Source: Dehalococcoidia bacterium UBA6627 (GTDB taxonomy: Bacteria; Chloroflexota; Dehalococcoidia; UBA2979). Taken from it: a stretch of DNA of 64,000 nt. Each line of letters starts with the position of its first letter. Position 1 is the stretch's first letter. The stretch lies in NCBI GenBank assembly GCA_002455955.1, contig DKLZ01000022.1:932-64931 (forward strand). Direction: 5' to 3'. Shown here one piece after another: positions 39,712 through 48,808 of this stretch. Below the pieces are notes generated by a model, which was not told the DNA's origin, made no database searches, and was given only the letters and a program-made list of their open reading frames with translations. The position numbers were made by a program, and so were the translations under genes.

Positions 39712-40182
39712 TCAGTTAGATAGTGGTGCCAACTCATCGTCATCTCTGTCCGGATAACGCACTAGCCAAACGTAGCCGGGAGCGTGTTCGAGGACATACT
39801 CTGCGACAGGTCCAAGTTCGAATCTACCGAATGGACGACGATAAGGAATACCCATCACTATTGCATCCACTCGACGATCTATGGCTTCGTCAACAATTAC
39901 ATGTCCAGTTTGTCGGGCTTGAAGCAGGTCACTTTCTAATGAAATATTATGTGCCGCAGCAATGGCATCGGCACGTTCGAGTATCTGTTCCCCATGTTGC
40001 TCTTCAATGACTAGATCAGCAGTGAGCGGTAACGACCTTTCTACCTCTATTACATGTATGACAGTAACGCTGGCTTCGGATCTGCTAGCTGTTTGGCTCA
40101 CTGCCGTGAGAGCTCCATAGGAAGCCTCGGTTCCATCAAGTAGCACAAGAAAAGAACGCGCGTCGATCGGATCAAGATGCAC
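39712..40182 (-). CDS. Universal stress protein (UspA family)
   Basis: 156 aa. Typical USP alpha/beta pattern ...ASVTVIHVIE... and a C-terminal G-rich ATP motif region. Confidence 0.7.
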   Translation of the reverse strand: MHLDPIDARSFLVLLDGTEASYGALTAVSQTASRSEASVTVIHVIEVERSLPLTADLVIEEQHGEQILERADAIAAAHNISLESDLLQARQTGHVIVDEAIDRRVDAIVMGIPYRRPFGRFELGPVAEYVLEHAPGYVWLVRYPDRDDDELAPLSN

Positions 40183-40238
40183 GTTACTAACCTTATCTTT
40201 GACTTAAGTAGTATGTGTTTGAATGTTCGATATCTAAA

Positions 40239-40460
40239 TCAATGCTGTCGCGCAATTAAGTAGCGAACAAGTGCATTCCCGATCAGCACAATACCTAAAA
40301 AACCCTCCAAGCTAATCGGCCGACCATCATTAAATGCAACTCCAATAGCAAGCGCACCGACGAGCGCAGATGTTATTGCGAGAATCTGATTTTTTCTTAG
40401 CACTGCTACCACCATAGAAGTTTCGAAAACGAGCAAAGCTAGTGAAGTTGTTCGATCCAC
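40239..40460 (-). CDS. Small hypothetical membrane protein (73 aa)
   Basis: Two hydrophobic helices. Overlaps the upstream metallophosphoesterase gene by 22 nt. Could be spurious. Confidence 0.3.
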   Translation of the reverse strand: MDRTTSLALLVFETSMVVAVLRKNQILAITSALVGALAIGVAFNDGRPISLEGFLGIVLIGNALVRYLIARQH

Positions 40461-41023
40461 GCATCAATGTTGCTCTTTCGGATATCAAGGAATCCCACTG
40501 TTCCTAGTTGAGTTTGCAAGTTACGTGGGTATGTGGGCGACCCCGAGTTAATTATTAATACCCCATCGTTCCAAGTCACATGCGGCACATGCGTGTCTCC
40601 ACCCACGACAATATCCACTGGACCATTAAACTTGCGCTCCATTGCTTCTGGTATAGGAATCCAATTCAGATGAGGGAGTTCAGGGAATGCATGTGTCATG
40701 CCGATACGCTTTCCGCCAACGTTAATCACCTGATTGTGAGCAAGACGATGGTCGTTTGGTGCAACGGGACGACCACTCGAACCATCGTCACCATTTCCAC
40801 GAACGGCGATGACAGGAGCTACAGCCTCAAGCCAATCGAGAACAATCACATCGTGAATATCACCAGCGTGGAGGATCAGGTCAACTTCACGGAAGGCTTC
40901 ATACACTTCATCAAATAATGTCGCACGCGCTTCGGGTATATGCGTATCAGAGATTAGCCCAATGAGCGCGTCGCCCTCGAGATCGTGTTCAATTAGCCAA
41001 GGGGGTGTACTCTCAAGGGCCAT
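40439..41023 (-). CDS. Metallophosphoesterase (YfcE/MJ0936-like)
   Basis: ISDTHIP, HAGD and GNGD/GDTH motifs of the calcineurin-like phosphoesterase fold. Confidence 0.75.
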   Translation of the reverse strand: MALESTPPWLIEHDLEGDALIGLISDTHIPEARATLFDEVYEAFREVDLILHAGDIHDVIVLDWLEAVAPVIAVRGNGDDGSSGRPVAPNDHRLAHNQVINVGGKRIGMTHAFPELPHLNWIPIPEAMERKFNGPVDIVVGGDTHVPHVTWNDGVLIINSGSPTYPRNLQTQLGTVGFLDIRKSNIDAWIEQLH

Positions 41024-41226
41024 CCTTATAAGGGTAGCTCGTCTGCTTAGTCGTAGCGAGCTCCATCAATAAACAATAATTGGGGAGGCCCAACCCAGTC
41101 ACTCGCACGACTTTGTAACAATTCGTTGAAATCACAAAAATCCACCGAATTAAGCGTACGGTTCATCCTACGAGTCGGACGCTACAATATGAGCGGGAGC
41201 AGCTTCTCAATTCTAGAGGGAACATT

Positions 41227-42171
41227 ATGACAAACAACGGCAGCAACGAGACACCTCTTCCGAATGACGCTAGCGGTAAAGACTCAACGGGTGAAACCGC
41301 TACTTGGCGAGTTAAAACCGGACTCGCACAGATGCTCAAAGGGGGTGTGATTATGGATGTCACAACCGCCGCCGAGGCAGAAATTGCTGAGGAAGCTGGT
41401 GCCGTTGCGGTCATGGCACTAGAACGCGTCCCTGCTGATATTCGCAAAGAGGGTGGCGTTGCACGGATGAGTGCTGTCGAGAAAATAGAAGAGATTCAAA
41501 AAGCCGTCACCATTCCAGTAATGGCGAAGGCGAGGATCGGCCATTTCGTCGAAGCGCAGATCCTTGATGCGCTTGGGATCGACTACATAGATGAATCGGA
41601 GGTGTTAACGCCAGCCGATGACCGAAATCACATCGACAAGACAGTGTTCCGTGCTCCTTTTGTTTGTGGATGTCGGAACTTGGGTGAAGCCCTGCGTCGT
41701 ATCTCTGAAGGTGCCGCCATGATTCGTACGAAGGGTGAGGCTGGCACTGGCGACATCGTGGAGGCGGTCCGCCATATGAGACAACTTTGGGATGGTATTC
41801 GCAGTCTTCAAAACATGGCGACAGACGAGCTCCCGACAGCCGCGAAAGAGTTGCAGGCACCACTAGAACTCTTACGCGAGGTAAAGGAACTCGGTCGGCT
41901 ACCGGTAGTAAACTTCTCCGCCGGAGGAGTCGCTACACCAGCTGATGCGGCATTGATGATGCAACTAGGCGCCGATGGCGTATTTGTTGGATCGGGAATT
42001 TTCAAATCAGATCGCCCAAGCGCGGTTGCTGAAGCAATCGTCAAAGCAGTAACTCATTATCAAGATCCAATAGTTTTAGCTGAAGTATCAAGAGGTCTCG
42101 GCGCGGCGATGAGAGGCGAGGCAGTTGCATCAATTCCGGTCGAAGAGCAGCTGGCTGGACGAGGAAACTAA
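41227..42171 (+). CDS. pdxS: Pyridoxal 5'-phosphate synthase lyase subunit
   Basis: [42 protein letters not shown] is the conserved PdxS N-terminus. About 20-aa N-terminal extension. Confidence 0.95.
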   Translation: MTNNGSNETPLPNDASGKDSTGETATWRVKTGLAQMLKGGVIMDVTTAAEAEIAEEAGAVAVMALERVPADIRKEGGVARMSAVEKIEEIQKAVTIPVMAKARIGHFVEAQILDALGIDYIDESEVLTPADDRNHIDKTVFRAPFVCGCRNLGEALRRISEGAAMIRTKGEAGTGDIVEAVRHMRQLWDGIRSLQNMATDELPTAAKELQAPLELLREVKELGRLPVVNFSAGGVATPADAALMMQLGADGVFVGSGIFKSDRPSAVAEAIVKAVTHYQDPIVLAEVSRGLGAAMRGEAVASIPVEEQLAGRGN

Positions 42172-42181
42172 CTTCCAGGGG

Positions 42182-42856
42182 ATGACCGTCACTGACCACA
42201 ACCCATTGGTGCACATTGGCGTTTTAGCCTTGCAGGGTGATTTCCAAGAGCATGTAGCAATGCTGCGCGTTGCCGGTGCCGAAGTGTCTGAAGTACGCAC
42301 CTTGTCACAATTATCCTCCGTAGATGGCCTCGTGATCCCAGGTGGTGAAAGTACAACCATCGCACGCCTGTTGGTGGCATTTGGATTAATGGAACCACTT
42401 CGAGAAAGAATAGAATCCGGATTACCGGTCTGGGGTACTTGTGCTGGAGCGATTCTTCTTGCTTCTGATGTACCTGGGCTCGACCGGCCTCCACTAGGTT
42501 GTGTAGCAATGACAATCGAAAGGAACGCGTTTGGTACGCAGGTCGACTCCTTCGAAACCGAACTAGCGATAGCGGGCCTCGAAGAAGTTTTTCATGCTGT
42601 ATTTATCCGAGCACCAGCGATCAAAGACGTTGGGAAAGGTGTTGAAGTCCTTGCCAGACTCGAAAATGACCAGATCGTTGCGATACGTGATGGCTCGTTA
42701 CTCGCTACGTGTTTCCATCCTGAAATAACAGAAGATCCACGGTTGCACGAATTATTCATCTCAATTGTTCGAGATGCTGTTAGTCAAGGACAAGCCAATA
42801 AAAGTCATTTGCTCGAGTCGCAGTTTGTCACAGGTAGCGGAGATAATCGTGACTAG
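42182..42856 (+). CDS. pdxT: Pyridoxal 5'-phosphate synthase glutaminase subunit
   Basis: HIGVLALQGDF...GTCAG catalytic Cys, His-Glu (HPE) near the C-terminus. Start at ATG 42182, 10 nt after the pdxS stop. Confidence 0.9.
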   Translation: MTVTDHNPLVHIGVLALQGDFQEHVAMLRVAGAEVSEVRTLSQLSSVDGLVIPGGESTTIARLLVAFGLMEPLRERIESGLPVWGTCAGAILLASDVPGLDRPPLGCVAMTIERNAFGTQVDSFETELAIAGLEEVFHAVFIRAPAIKDVGKGVEVLARLENDQIVAIRDGSLLATCFHPEITEDPRLHELFISIVRDAVSQGQANKSHLLESQFVTGSGDNRD

Positions 42857-42865
42857 GAGTACAGT

Positions 42866-44491
42866 TTGAACGATTCTGACTCAGAAGCGATTGCTTTGCC
42901 AGAACCCACAGACGAAGAGCGCAACGAAATCAATCTATTGATAGAGTGCCTACCGCTTCGGATACAGGCTGCGGCTGCTCGTATTAGAGGAATGGCAGGA
43001 CTGATCGAGGTAATACTAGACATCGGACGTGTTCCTAAAGCTCGTTATCACGAGGGAACAGAAGTAGCCCTTGATATTCACGAGGTAACCGAACAAGAGC
43101 TTGACCAGACCGTCGCTCAACTCTCGGAGTTTGGAGAGGACAATAGAGCCGGCATCGAAAGAACCTTACATCGAATATCAGCCATTCGTAACAGGCGTGG
43201 ATCGATAGTCGGACTCACGTGTCGGGTGGGTAGAAGTGTTTCAGGATCTTCTAGTGCAATTCGCGATCTCGTAGAATCCGGTCACAGCATTCTGCTTTTG
43301 GGACCGCCCGGCGTCGGTAAAACAACGATGTTGCGCGACGTAGCAAGAACTCTTGCAGACGATCTTGAGAAACGGGTTGTGGTGGTTGATACCTCGAATG
43401 AGATCGGAGGCGACGGCGATATCCCACATTCAGGAATTGGTCGTGCCCGTCGTATGCAGGTAGGGCGACCAGAATTGCAACACCGTGTAATGATAGAGGC
43501 CGTCGAAAATCACACTCCAGAAGCAATCGTCATAGACGAGATAGGAACCGGACTAGAAGCTGAAGCCGCTCGAACTATCGCGGAGCGAGGAGTGCAGCTG
43601 GTAGGAACGGCACACGGAAACACTCTTAATAACCTCATGCAAAATCCGACGTTATCGGATTTAATCGGCGGCATCGAATCAGTAACTCTCGGTGACGACG
43701 AAGCGCGACGACGTGGGACTCAAAAAAGTACTCTGGAGCGGCGTAACCCTCCTACTTTTGATTGTTTAGTTGAGATCCAGTCGTTCGACCGTGTCGCAGT
43801 CCATGAAGATGTCGCGAGAACAGTAGACGCATTATTACGAGGTTTCGAAGCTGAAGCTGAATTACGAAAACTCAAGGACGGTAGCATTGAAACAGTCCAC
43901 AGAATGCCTCTCCAACCTGACAACCACATGCACAATTCTAATCCGAATGGCGATCAAGTTTCCTCGCATCAGTTGGCACCTGCGCCCAGCGGTCTTGCGA
44001 AGAGAATCCTTCCCTTCGGTGTCAGTCGCTCACGGCTTGAGGCAGCAATCGCCTCTACTCGATCCGGAGCCACAATTGTCGACTCGGTCGAAAGTGCTGA
44101 TTGCGTAATAACTCTCCGACCTTACTATCGTCGCCGAAGTGGTCCTTTACGAGGAGCCCAAAAAAGAGGAATCCCAATTTATGTGTTACGCAATAACACG
44201 GGAGCACAAATGGAACGCCAGCTTCTCGCAATGAAAGGAACTGATACGGAAGATGACCCGATGACAGCAGCGATGCGGGAGGTAGAAGAAGCAGTCATAA
44301 GCGTAGCGCACGGAGGTGCAGAAAACGTCGAGTTAGCACCACAAAGCGCCTACCTGCGACGCCTGCAACATGAGCTTGTTCAGCGACACGGTCTAAAGAG
44401 CACATCGCGCGGCAGCGAACCATTTCGCAGAGTAACCGTGGTACAAAGGCAATCACCGATCCCTGCAGACCCATGGGCGCCTAATAGATGA
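42866..44491 (+). CDS. SpoIIIAA/Ycf45-like AAA ATPase with a C-terminal R3H domain
   Basis: Walker A LLGPPGVGKTTMLRDVAR, ...VVVDTSNEIGG..., DEIG, GTAHG motifs as in SpoIIIAA/Ycf45. C-terminal R3H-like block (AYLRRLQHELVQRHGLKSTSRGSEPFRRVTV). Confidence 0.7.
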   Translation: MNDSDSEAIALPEPTDEERNEINLLIECLPLRIQAAAARIRGMAGLIEVILDIGRVPKARYHEGTEVALDIHEVTEQELDQTVAQLSEFGEDNRAGIERTLHRISAIRNRRGSIVGLTCRVGRSVSGSSSAIRDLVESGHSILLLGPPGVGKTTMLRDVARTLADDLEKRVVVVDTSNEIGGDGDIPHSGIGRARRMQVGRPELQHRVMIEAVENHTPEAIVIDEIGTGLEAEAARTIAERGVQLVGTAHGNTLNNLMQNPTLSDLIGGIESVTLGDDEARRRGTQKSTLERRNPPTFDCLVEIQSFDRVAVHEDVARTVDALLRGFEAEAELRKLKDGSIETVHRMPLQPDNHMHNSNPNGDQVSSHQLAPAPSGLAKRILPFGVSRSRLEAAIASTRSGATIVDSVESADCVITLRPYYRRRSGPLRGAQKRGIPIYVLRNNTGAQMERQLLAMKGTDTEDDPMTAAMREVEEAVISVAHGGAENVELAPQSAYLRRLQHELVQRHGLKSTSRGSEPFRRVTVVQRQSPIPADPWAPNR

Positions 44492-44501
44492 AGGCTCAGT
44501 A

Positions 44502-45146
44502 TTGAAAATGCTGCCAGCACGCTCAGAAGGTTTATTTGTAACGCTAGAAGGCGGCGAAGGTGCGGGAAAATCAACCCAATTGAAAGCCCTCGCGAATCGA
44601 GCTCGAGTGTTAGGTATAGAAACAGTAACCAGCCGCGAACCCGGTGGAACTCCTCTGGGAGAAAGCTTGCGAAATATTCTGCTTAACGCGAACGATAGTG
44701 AAGTTGACCATCGGGCTGAACTACTAGTATTCGCGGCATCTCGAGCACAGCATCTAGCAGAATTAGTCCGACCCGCCTTGGAACGTGGTGCGCTGGTAAT
44801 TTGCGATCGGTTCTCTGATTCGACTATCGCTTACCAGCAATATGGACGCGGCCTCGATCCAGACATAGTAGCCACCTCTATCGAATTAGCAACAGATGGC
44901 CTAAAGCCAGATTTGACGATCTTGCTCGATGTCGAATCACACGTTAGTCGAGAACGAACGACTCTGTCAGATGACTACCTTGAGCGAGCCGGGATTGAAT
45001 TCCACGAGCGTGTTCACGCTGGATTCGTTTCATTAGCAGCCTCCGATCCTGATCGCTGGATCGTAATCGACGGAGCAATAGCGCCAGACGAAATAACCGA
45101 GTTGGCTTGGAACCAAATCAGTAAATATTTAGATCAAGCAACATAA
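44502..45146 (+). CDS. tmk: Thymidylate kinase
   Basis: The N-terminal LFVTLEGGEGAGKSTQ P-loop and a DRF-type motif (ICDRFSDST). Confidence 0.85.
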   Translation: MKMLPARSEGLFVTLEGGEGAGKSTQLKALANRARVLGIETVTSREPGGTPLGESLRNILLNANDSEVDHRAELLVFAASRAQHLAELVRPALERGALVICDRFSDSTIAYQQYGRGLDPDIVATSIELATDGLKPDLTILLDVESHVSRERTTLSDDYLERAGIEFHERVHAGFVSLAASDPDRWIVIDGAIAPDEITELAWNQISKYLDQAT

Positions 45147-45190
45147 GATCTGCCTGAAAACAATTACCGATAATGATCCTACTCAGACCG

Positions 45191-46366
45191 TTAGCTGACA
45201 CGTTCGAAAATAGTCGCTATACCTTGACCGCCACCAATACAAAGCGAAACAAGACCATAACGACCGCCTGTCCGTTCTAGTTCATGCATCGCCTTAACCG
45301 TGAGGATCGCCCCAGTAGCACCTACTGGATGTCCAAGAGCTATCGCGCCACCATTAGGATTCGTCTTATTGATAGGTAGATTGAGTACGGTCGAACAGGC
45401 GGCTGTAACCGATGCAAACGCTTCATTGAGTTCGATTACGTCCATGTCTTCAATCGTGAGGCCAGACTTTTCCATGACTTTTTCAATTGCAGGAATAGGA
45501 CCGCTTCCCATCAACGAAGGCTCCACTCCAGACTCAGCACGTGCTATTAAGCGGAGACGAGGCTTCATTCCTAATTCAAGTGCCTTTGATTCAGTAGTCA
45601 CAACCACTGCCGCTGCTCCGTCGTTGATACCGGACGAGTTACCTGCGGTCACACTGCCACCATCTCGAAACACCGGACGTAGTTTTCCCAGCGTTTCCAT
45701 CGTACTCGCCCGTGGATGTTCATCCGTATCAAAAGTAAGAGTCTTACGGCCCTGACGAACTTCAATCGGCGCAATTTGCTCTTTAAAGTATCCGGCCTCG
45801 ATAGCAGCAAGAGCGCGTTCCTGTGACCTCATCGAATACTCGTCTTGTATTTCACGAGAAACTTCGTATCGTTCAGCAAGATTTTCGGCAGTCTCACCCA
45901 TTAAGATGCTGTCGAAGGGGTCGGTGAGCAGATGCATAGTACCGTCTTCGAGTTTGTCATGACCGTACTTGTAACCGTAACGACCTTTACGCAACAAGAA
46001 GGGCATCATGCTCATGTTTTCGGCGCCACCTGCGACTATCACTTCCGCGTCACCCGTCTGGATCCACCGTGCAGCCGTATTGATCGCTTCCAAGCCTGAG
46101 CCGCAGATTCGATTCACAGTGTAGGCAGGGGTGCCCACTGGCATGCCACCCTTTACTGATGCGTGGCGAGCTATATAACCGTCCTCCGCGACTTGACCGA
46201 CACATCCAAGAACAACCTGATCGACTTGCTCGCCATGAATTCCTGCCCGCTGGACAGCCTGACGAAACACATGAGCAGCAAGATCTGAAGCAGGGGTCTC
46301 ACTCAGTGCTCCACCAAACGTACCAACAGCAGTACGAACACCGCTTGTAAGGACGACACTCTCCAT
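45191..46366 (-). CDS. Acetyl-CoA C-acetyltransferase (thiolase II)
   Basis: Active-site Cys region (VNRICGSGLEA) and C-terminal GGGQG. Start set at MESVVLTSGVRTA... Confidence 0.85.
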   Translation of the reverse strand: MESVVLTSGVRTAVGTFGGALSETPASDLAAHVFRQAVQRAGIHGEQVDQVVLGCVGQVAEDGYIARHASVKGGMPVGTPAYTVNRICGSGLEAINTAARWIQTGDAEVIVAGGAENMSMMPFLLRKGRYGYKYGHDKLEDGTMHLLTDPFDSILMGETAENLAERYEVSREIQDEYSMRSQERALAAIEAGYFKEQIAPIEVRQGRKTLTFDTDEHPRASTMETLGKLRPVFRDGGSVTAGNSSGINDGAAAVVVTTESKALELGMKPRLRLIARAESGVEPSLMGSGPIPAIEKVMEKSGLTIEDMDVIELNEAFASVTAACSTVLNLPINKTNPNGGAIALGHPVGATGAILTVKAMHELERTGGRYGLVSLCIGGGQGIATIFERVS

Positions 46367-46506
46367 TTTGATTCCCCAAGGTCTAGCGAAAATACTGAAT
46401 CTTAAGCGAAATGGTATATCTGAATTACAGGCACGTCCAAGATTAATTATCAATATTTAGATCGACTTGGTTTGCTGCTCGTAGGAGCGGTTCCTAGACT
46501 CACTAA

Positions 46507-47397
46507 ATGGGTTATTCACATAGCGTCATGATCGACGTTCCAGCTACTACCGCAAACCTAGGTCCAGGCTTCGATAGTCTTGGCTTGGCTCTAGATTGGA
46601 CAGCGCGCTACCAAGTCACGGTTAGCGATGAAGAGCTACCTGCTGCAAACAGTCCAATTGAACACATGACAGCCACCGCCGTGCGGGCGTTGTATCAACA
46701 AGAACGCACTGAAGAGCCGACCGGTTTAAGTATTACCTATGAAGGTGACATCCCTATAGGGCGCGGCCTTGGCGTTTCTGGATCAGCTCGTGCTGCAGGT
46801 CTTATTGCTGCTAACGAATTACTTGGCAAACGGCGAAAACTCGAAGACCTGGTATCTCTAGCTGTTCGTCTAGAAGGGCATGGCGATAACATCATTCCGG
46901 CGATGTTTGGTGGCTTGCGAGTAGTAGTCGATGATGACGACGGGGTTATTCACTTAGGTATAGACCCGCCAACTAATCTCGAAATAGCTTTACTAATACC
47001 TCATTTCTCAATGCCTACAAACGAATCTCGCAAACGGTTACCCGAACGCCTGACACGTAGTCAGGCAGTTCACAACATAGGTAGAGCGGCTTTACTAGTA
47101 GGAGCCCTAACCCAAGGCGACTACCAATTTCTGGCGAAAGCAACAGAGGACATACTCCATCAGCCTGCACGCTCGACACTGTTTCCCGCGATGTATGCAT
47201 TGTTTCAGGCAGCACGTGACGCCGGTGGATTAGCAGCCTACCTATCGGGCGGTGGTTCTACCATAGCGGCGTTCGCGATCAAGGGTGAGGGAAAGAAAGT
47301 CGCGAGTGCGATGCGAGAAGCAGCTAGTGACCATGATTTAGAAGTCGCGGCACGTGTGTGTCAGATGAGCTCTACTGGTGCGAAAGTCATAGAATAA
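46507..47397 (+). CDS. thrB: Homoserine kinase (GHMP kinase)
   Basis: VPATTANLGPGFDSLGLAL matches the GHMP motif and the ThrB N-terminus. Confidence 0.8.
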   Translation: MGYSHSVMIDVPATTANLGPGFDSLGLALDWTARYQVTVSDEELPAANSPIEHMTATAVRALYQQERTEEPTGLSITYEGDIPIGRGLGVSGSARAAGLIAANELLGKRRKLEDLVSLAVRLEGHGDNIIPAMFGGLRVVVDDDDGVIHLGIDPPTNLEIALLIPHFSMPTNESRKRLPERLTRSQAVHNIGRAALLVGALTQGDYQFLAKATEDILHQPARSTLFPAMYALFQAARDAGGLAAYLSGGGSTIAAFAIKGEGKKVASAMREAASDHDLEVAARVCQMSSTGAKVIE

Positions 47398-47413
47398 AAA
47401 TAGGAAGCTTGCG

Positions 47414-48637
47414 ATGGAACGCATCATCCATAAGTACGGTGGCTCATCAGTAGCCACGCCCGAACATATCAAGCGTATAGCTGATCGCTTGGAGTCGCGG
47501 CATAGGAATGGCGATGAAGTTGTAGCTGTAGTTTCAGCAATGGGATCTCGCACAGATGAGCTGTATGCATTAGCGGAACGGATTACGAATTCACCTGAGC
47601 CTCGTGAAATGGACATGCTCCTTTCAACTGGCGAAATGGTAACCAGTACATTGTTATCAATGGCTCTCCATGAACTAGGTGTGGAAGCAGTGAGCTTAAC
47701 TGGAGCACAGGCAGGTATTCGGACTACGGCAGTGTTTGGTCGGGCGAGAATCGCAGACATCCAAACAGAGCGACTGGAGAAGGAGCTCAATAGAGGACGA
47801 GTCGTAATAGTAGCTGGGTTTCAAGGAATGACGGAAGATGCAGATGTAACCACTTTTGGTCGGGGTGGTTCGGACACTACAGCAGTTGCGCTCGCTGCCG
47901 CTTTGGATGCAGACCGCTGCGAGATCTTCACGGATGTTGCAGGTATCTATACCGCTGACCCGAGGGTCTGTCCGAAGGCAAGACCGCTTCAGGAGATCGG
48001 TTATGAGGAGATGCTGGAGATGGCAACTACTGGAGCACGTGTAATGCATGCTCGGGCAGTTGAAATCGGTGAACAATATGGTGTTGCTATTCGAGTAGCA
48101 AGCAGCTTCGATGAAACTGCGCAAGGTACGTTGATCCATGGAGACTTGACAATGGAACAGGGAAATAAAGTCCGCGGTATCGCACACCAAAACCATATAG
48201 CCAAAGTTACGGTCCGAGGCGTCCCTGACCGACCCGGTATAGCGGCGCACCTCTTTGAACCATTGGCTACAGCTGGCGTCTCGGTCGACACGATAGTGCA
48301 GAATGCTAGCGTAGAAAAACTTACCGACATGACATTCACTGTCGCACCAGCGGACCTCGATAGAGCGCTACAAGTAGTTCAAAGTGCTGAAAATGAAATA
48401 GGGCCAGCAGAGGTAGTCTCAGATCCCAACCTAGGAACAGTTTCTATAGTCGGAACAGGTATGGCATCAGCACCAGGATTCGCAGCGCGAATGTTCCGGA
48501 CTTTGTACGAAAACAAAGTGAACATTGACATGATCTCAACAAGCGATATCCGAATTACCTGCGTAGTCGCTTCTGAACAGGTTGATGAGGCAGTTCGCTC
48601 TCTACATGACGCTTTCGATTTGGACCGAGAAGACTGA
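47414..48637 (+). CDS. lysC: Aspartate kinase (with tandem C-terminal ACT domains)
   Basis: The N-terminal IHKYGGSSVATPEHIKRIADRL (KFGGTSV-type) and the regulatory ACT pair at the C-terminus. Confidence 0.9.
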   Translation: MERIIHKYGGSSVATPEHIKRIADRLESRHRNGDEVVAVVSAMGSRTDELYALAERITNSPEPREMDMLLSTGEMVTSTLLSMALHELGVEAVSLTGAQAGIRTTAVFGRARIADIQTERLEKELNRGRVVIVAGFQGMTEDADVTTFGRGGSDTTAVALAAALDADRCEIFTDVAGIYTADPRVCPKARPLQEIGYEEMLEMATTGARVMHARAVEIGEQYGVAIRVASSFDETAQGTLIHGDLTMEQGNKVRGIAHQNHIAKVTVRGVPDRPGIAAHLFEPLATAGVSVDTIVQNASVEKLTDMTFTVAPADLDRALQVVQSAENEIGPAEVVSDPNLGTVSIVGTGMASAPGFAARMFRTLYENKVNIDMISTSDIRITCVVASEQVDEAVRSLHDAFDLDRED

Positions 48638-48808
48638 AGATATTGCAACTTCAGAGCAGATCATCAAATTTAGAACCTTTCTGAGGTGCCTTGCGACCGG
48701 TAGGGCGCACAGTGTAGAGTTCTTGGTCCGGTAACTTCGCACACAAGTTCGCGTAGTTACCTATACAATTGAACAGATTAGTAACGTCAGCACACCTCGG
48801 GACTAGAG

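Noticed and set aside
48638-48808. Hairpin CTGAAG-N8-CTTCAG right after the lysC stop as a terminator
   Set aside because: It is only a 6-bp stem and has no U-tract after it; at best a weak or uncertain structure.
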